NCBI RefSeq assembly: GCF_025526975.1
Contig: NW_026515688.1
Span: 434,001-498,000, forward strand
Direction of reading: 5' to 3'
DNA from: Fimicolochytrium jonesii
Taxonomy: Eukaryota
DNA: 64,000 nucleotides
Position numbers and translations under genes: made by a program
Shown here: in pieces, positions 60,747 through 64,000 of the stretch
Position numbering within the stretch: the first letter of the stretch is position 1
Layout of the letters: each line of letters opens with the position of its first letter
The notes under the pieces: generated by a model
Database searches by the model: none
What the model saw: the letters and a program-made list of their open reading frames with translations, nothing else
Told to the model about the DNA's origin: nothing

Positions 60747-62541
60747 TCAATTTGTCGAGTTGGTCTCCGACACCCTCATCCATCGTTCTTTCTTGCGTCG
60801 GCCTTCGATATAACGCATACTGTAGAATTAATGTGGTGTAAGCGGTTAATTTGCGGCTCACTACTTCATGAAGTGACTGGTCTTTACATACCTTTCATCG
60901 TAACTCCTGGGCATAACCCTCGACACGTCGTGATCCGCCTCGAACGTCAAATGAAATGTGTTCGTGGTCGATTGCTCATCCTTGATAGGGTCAATGACGT
61001 CGGCTCTCACTTTCACTTGGAAGGTCCTCCCCGACGAATACACAACTTGCGAAGTGAGACTCAACAATGCCCCCACTTTCACCGGTTTCTTGAACTTGAT
61101 GTCATCGAGGGCTACGAAATTCGCGCGGGACTTGGCGAAGATCATTCCAGTTGACGACGCCAGTTCGAAGGCCAGTCGGAGAAGATATCCACCTGCGACA
61201 GTTCATAAATGATTTTGAGTTCCACCATACAGCGTTGCGGTGTCGAGAGATGCAGCACTTACCAAAGACATTCCCATGGATGTTCCGGTCTTGGGGCATG
61301 CACATGACAAGGTTCTGCTGGACGGTGTCCTTCATCCACTGAACGTTGCTTGGCATCTCCCGCTTGTACGTTGGGTCGAGGTATTGGATGTATTCCTTGT
61401 AAAGCTCGTGAACAAGGTTCAGCTGGAGAATAGCCATGTCATGAGTAAGTAAGTGAACGTGATACCACGAGCGACTTCAATCAATGGTCGTCTTACCTCC
61501 TCGAAACTTGGAGGAACAGCGGATAAATCAAACTGACTGTCCATCAACTTCCTTGCCTTGTGTTCCGCCCCAGATCGGAACAGCCGCCTATCCTCATCCG
61601 TCTCCAGAATCAGCTGGTTGACCTTTGCAGCCTTGCCAGTGATGGGATCACGCGCAACCATCGAGAACTTTGCCGTTAGGATCTTTTTTCCAGGGACACG
61701 CTTCTGGGCAGCAAGGACGCCAACCCCGTAGGAGGTCTCCCGAGGATCTGGTGGTGGAGTCGACATGGTTTCCAGCCAGCAGCTGACTTCCATGGACGAA
61801 CTTCCAACCCAGGTGACATGCCCACTGAGACGCAGGTCTTGATCCATCGGTATACTTTGGAGTAGATCGATTCGATCAAGACTTGCTGTGACGATAGTCA
61901 GTGGGATCGTCTCTGCGCTGTTATCGTCACAGTGCATATATGCTATCGATCCCGCCAAGGCATCCAGGTCCTCCAGCACTTTCCCGATCCTGACAGTCCC
62001 GTGGGGGTTAACGTACTCTTCCCTAATGTCAGGATTGGTGAACTCCAAGATCTCCTCGAGATATGAGTCCTGCATGTGCCTGGGACGATTTGGGCGGGAA
62101 ACGCTGGCAGTGACGCCGTCGGTGCGGCCGGTGGTCTCGATAGCTTGCTGCTGCTTTTCGGCAAGGAAGCGATTGAACCACATCCTGTGCGTGGCGCTCG
62201 TGCGGCCCTTCACATACGGCAAGACCGCCCTGAACGTTGCAACATGAGACACGTCCTCTAAAGCATCGCTCCCTCCTGCCAAGGTCTCACCATTTCTTTC
62301 GAGCCTCAGCTTCCTTCTCAACGGCAGCCTGCCATTCCTTCAGTTTCCCCCGGCTGTCTTCTACTAGCACCTTCGAAGAGGAGGCACGGAAGCCCCGCGT
62401 TTCCTGGCGGCAAGGCTGTAGCGACTCTCTTTCACGACCGCTCGGCGTTGACCGCAGCGCTGTCCTGCTGGCAGCGAAACTCCGACACGGAAGGCATGTC
62501 CATGGCGCCTTCGCAGGAATGCGTAGACCTTTCGACGCCAT
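60747..62541 (-). CDS. Mitochondrial double-HotDog acyl-CoA thioesterase (ACOT9-like)
   Basis: Presequence MASKGLRIP, YVNPHGTVRIGKVLEDLDALAG, IVTASLDRI, GHVTWVGSSSMEV, PQDRNIHGNVF|GGYLLRLAFELA, FKKPVKVG and TNTFHLTF. Confidence 0.9.
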
Positions 62542-63259
62542 TGTTCTTTGCTGGTATATGTAAGTATATTGCTGATATGTATATATGTACGTATATACGT
62601 CAATATTCAATCGTTCCCGTTCCCTGAGCAAGCAACTTTTGAGGGGTTCCCACTATTTGTATGGGTGACTTCAAAGTTCAAGTTATGTGAGAAAGGTCGG
62701 CAGCGGAACGCCGGACTCCGATTATCAGATGCAAATCCACGAAAACACGCGGCGCCGGGATGACGACCACATAGATACGCGTTCCGCACCGTTCACACTT
62801 CATTCGACTTTCCATCGATCAGCAACTAGTTAGGAACAACTTCCATTTGCAAAACGGCGGTGTATGTACAAAATTCACCAAGACTCGAGAACAACGATAT
62901 TACAGGAACTAGACGGATGGAGTACAAAATCGGGAGACCGGAGATTGGGAGTTTGGAGAGGAGGCGACGCTTGATGGGCATATGCCGCGTAGGATGAAGT
63001 GAGAAGGAACGGATTGGCGAGGGAGTTTCAAAATGTTTCTTCACGGTGGCGGGACTTGGCGAAAAGAGCCCCGCAGGACTTGTACAGGGTTGGAACGCGG
63101 CGAACGAATCCTCTGGCGAAGAACACAAGGCATGTACAAGAAAGAAATCGTAGCGACAAAGGTGTTTTCGTGCTCCCACCGGTGGACCGGCTGGCGAAAA
63201 AAGACGGAAGGGTCCCCGGTTTGCAGCCCGCTGCTGCATCCAGATAGGAAACGCTTGCC

Positions 63260-64000
63260 TCAACGACATTCCAAAAAGCCAGTCGAGGACGGTTCTTCCA
63301 TGGTCTTGGGCACCGGGACGACGCACGTAACGGGAACGGAATGCTCGCTCCACCATAGTGTTCGGTACCGTATTTTCCCGCGAATGGTCAGTGTGTAGGG
63401 GAATTCCATATATATCCTGGCGATACAATGAGTATCAGATTCAATGCGTTATATCTCGATTAGGATGGAATGAGCCGTCTCGGACTTACATTTTCCCCAT
63501 AGTATTCTCCGGCTCGCGAATGGATATATGTCCAACCGGTGTAGTCGGGGTGGACGGGGTGAACGCTGGAAAGCTGATAGTGGTTGTCAAATGGTGGACG
63601 TGCGAAAGGAGCTCTTTTGGAGGCGATTTAGTGGGATCCGGAGGCGGTGCGGGCGAGTCTTCTTGGGATGGTACAGTATCCGCGAGTCCTACGCCTTCCA
63701 CACCAAGAATATCTGGCAATATGCAAGTAAGATCAGAATGCATGATCCCTCGCTTCCACCGATCAGGTAATCCATCAACCTACCACTTCCCACAAACACA
63801 TCCATGTCCACGTTTCGAAGGTAAACAGGAAGGATATTTGCGTTGGCAGCGCCCAACACAATGTCGAACTCGTAGATACTGTATTCGGCATGAATATTGC
63901 CGACACCAACGATAGACACTTGTGACAACGGCTGGATGCAAACCACAAACAGCGTAAAGGATCCCAGCAGGATTATGGCGATGGTCAGGAGGAGGAAGAG
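63260..64000 (-). CDS. VAC7: Vac7-like membrane protein, 3' part (TM plus lumenal LEA-2-like domain); runs off the right edge
   Basis: TM ...IAIILLGSFTLFVV, then QPLSQVSIVGVGNI..YEFDIVLGAANANILPV..VDMDVFVG, ELLSHVHHL..ISFP and FPYTLTIRGKIRY. This resembles the Vac7 C-terminal domain. Confidence 0.62.

Noticed and set aside
1..64000. Prokaryotic-type systems (CRISPR, operons, defence islands), a metabolic cluster (DAHP synthase, HIS2, FOL3) or a DNA-repair cluster (MSH2, RAD50)
   Set aside because: The DNA is eukaryotic and spliced, with no spaced direct-repeat array. The functionally related genes are separated by unrelated housekeeping genes, so chance proximity suffices.

Overview
This is eukaryotic, gene-dense, intron-rich DNA (most introns 50-140 nt, GT-AG), most likely from a flagellated (zoosporic) fungus such as a chytrid. 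Fungal-type genes (KRE2/GT15, HIS2, FOL3, SEC9, VAC7, MGR3-like, class II DAHP synthase) sit beside axonemal genes (CFAP96, ODAD1/DC2, ODAD4/TTC25). I reconstructed about 28 spliced genes by hand, many in divergent pairs. They include NPR3, MSH2, two F-box/WD40 genes, RAD50, eIF2B-delta, RPL4, a YjbQ homologue, RPC3, ADA2 and ACOT9. No rRNA, tRNA, CRISPR array or autonomous transposon is visible. The most unusual items are: (1) a kinesin-fold protein that has lost its P-loop and switch motifs and carries an R-x7-WW CENP-C-like motif in its tail; (2) a YjbQ gene that needs 15-, 15- and 4-nt micro-exons; (3) a GFA/Mss4-family gene whose conserved core lies in another frame between two compensating frameshifts; (4) an orphan ~18-aa-repeat, S/T-P-rich protein with clustered SCB/MCB/E2F-like promoter sites; (5) two GC-AG introns; and (6) a structured intergenic stretch plus a MITE-like 17-bp inverted repeat between NPR3 and CFAP96. 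Family calls come from remembered motifs, not database searches, and exon boundaries are manual.
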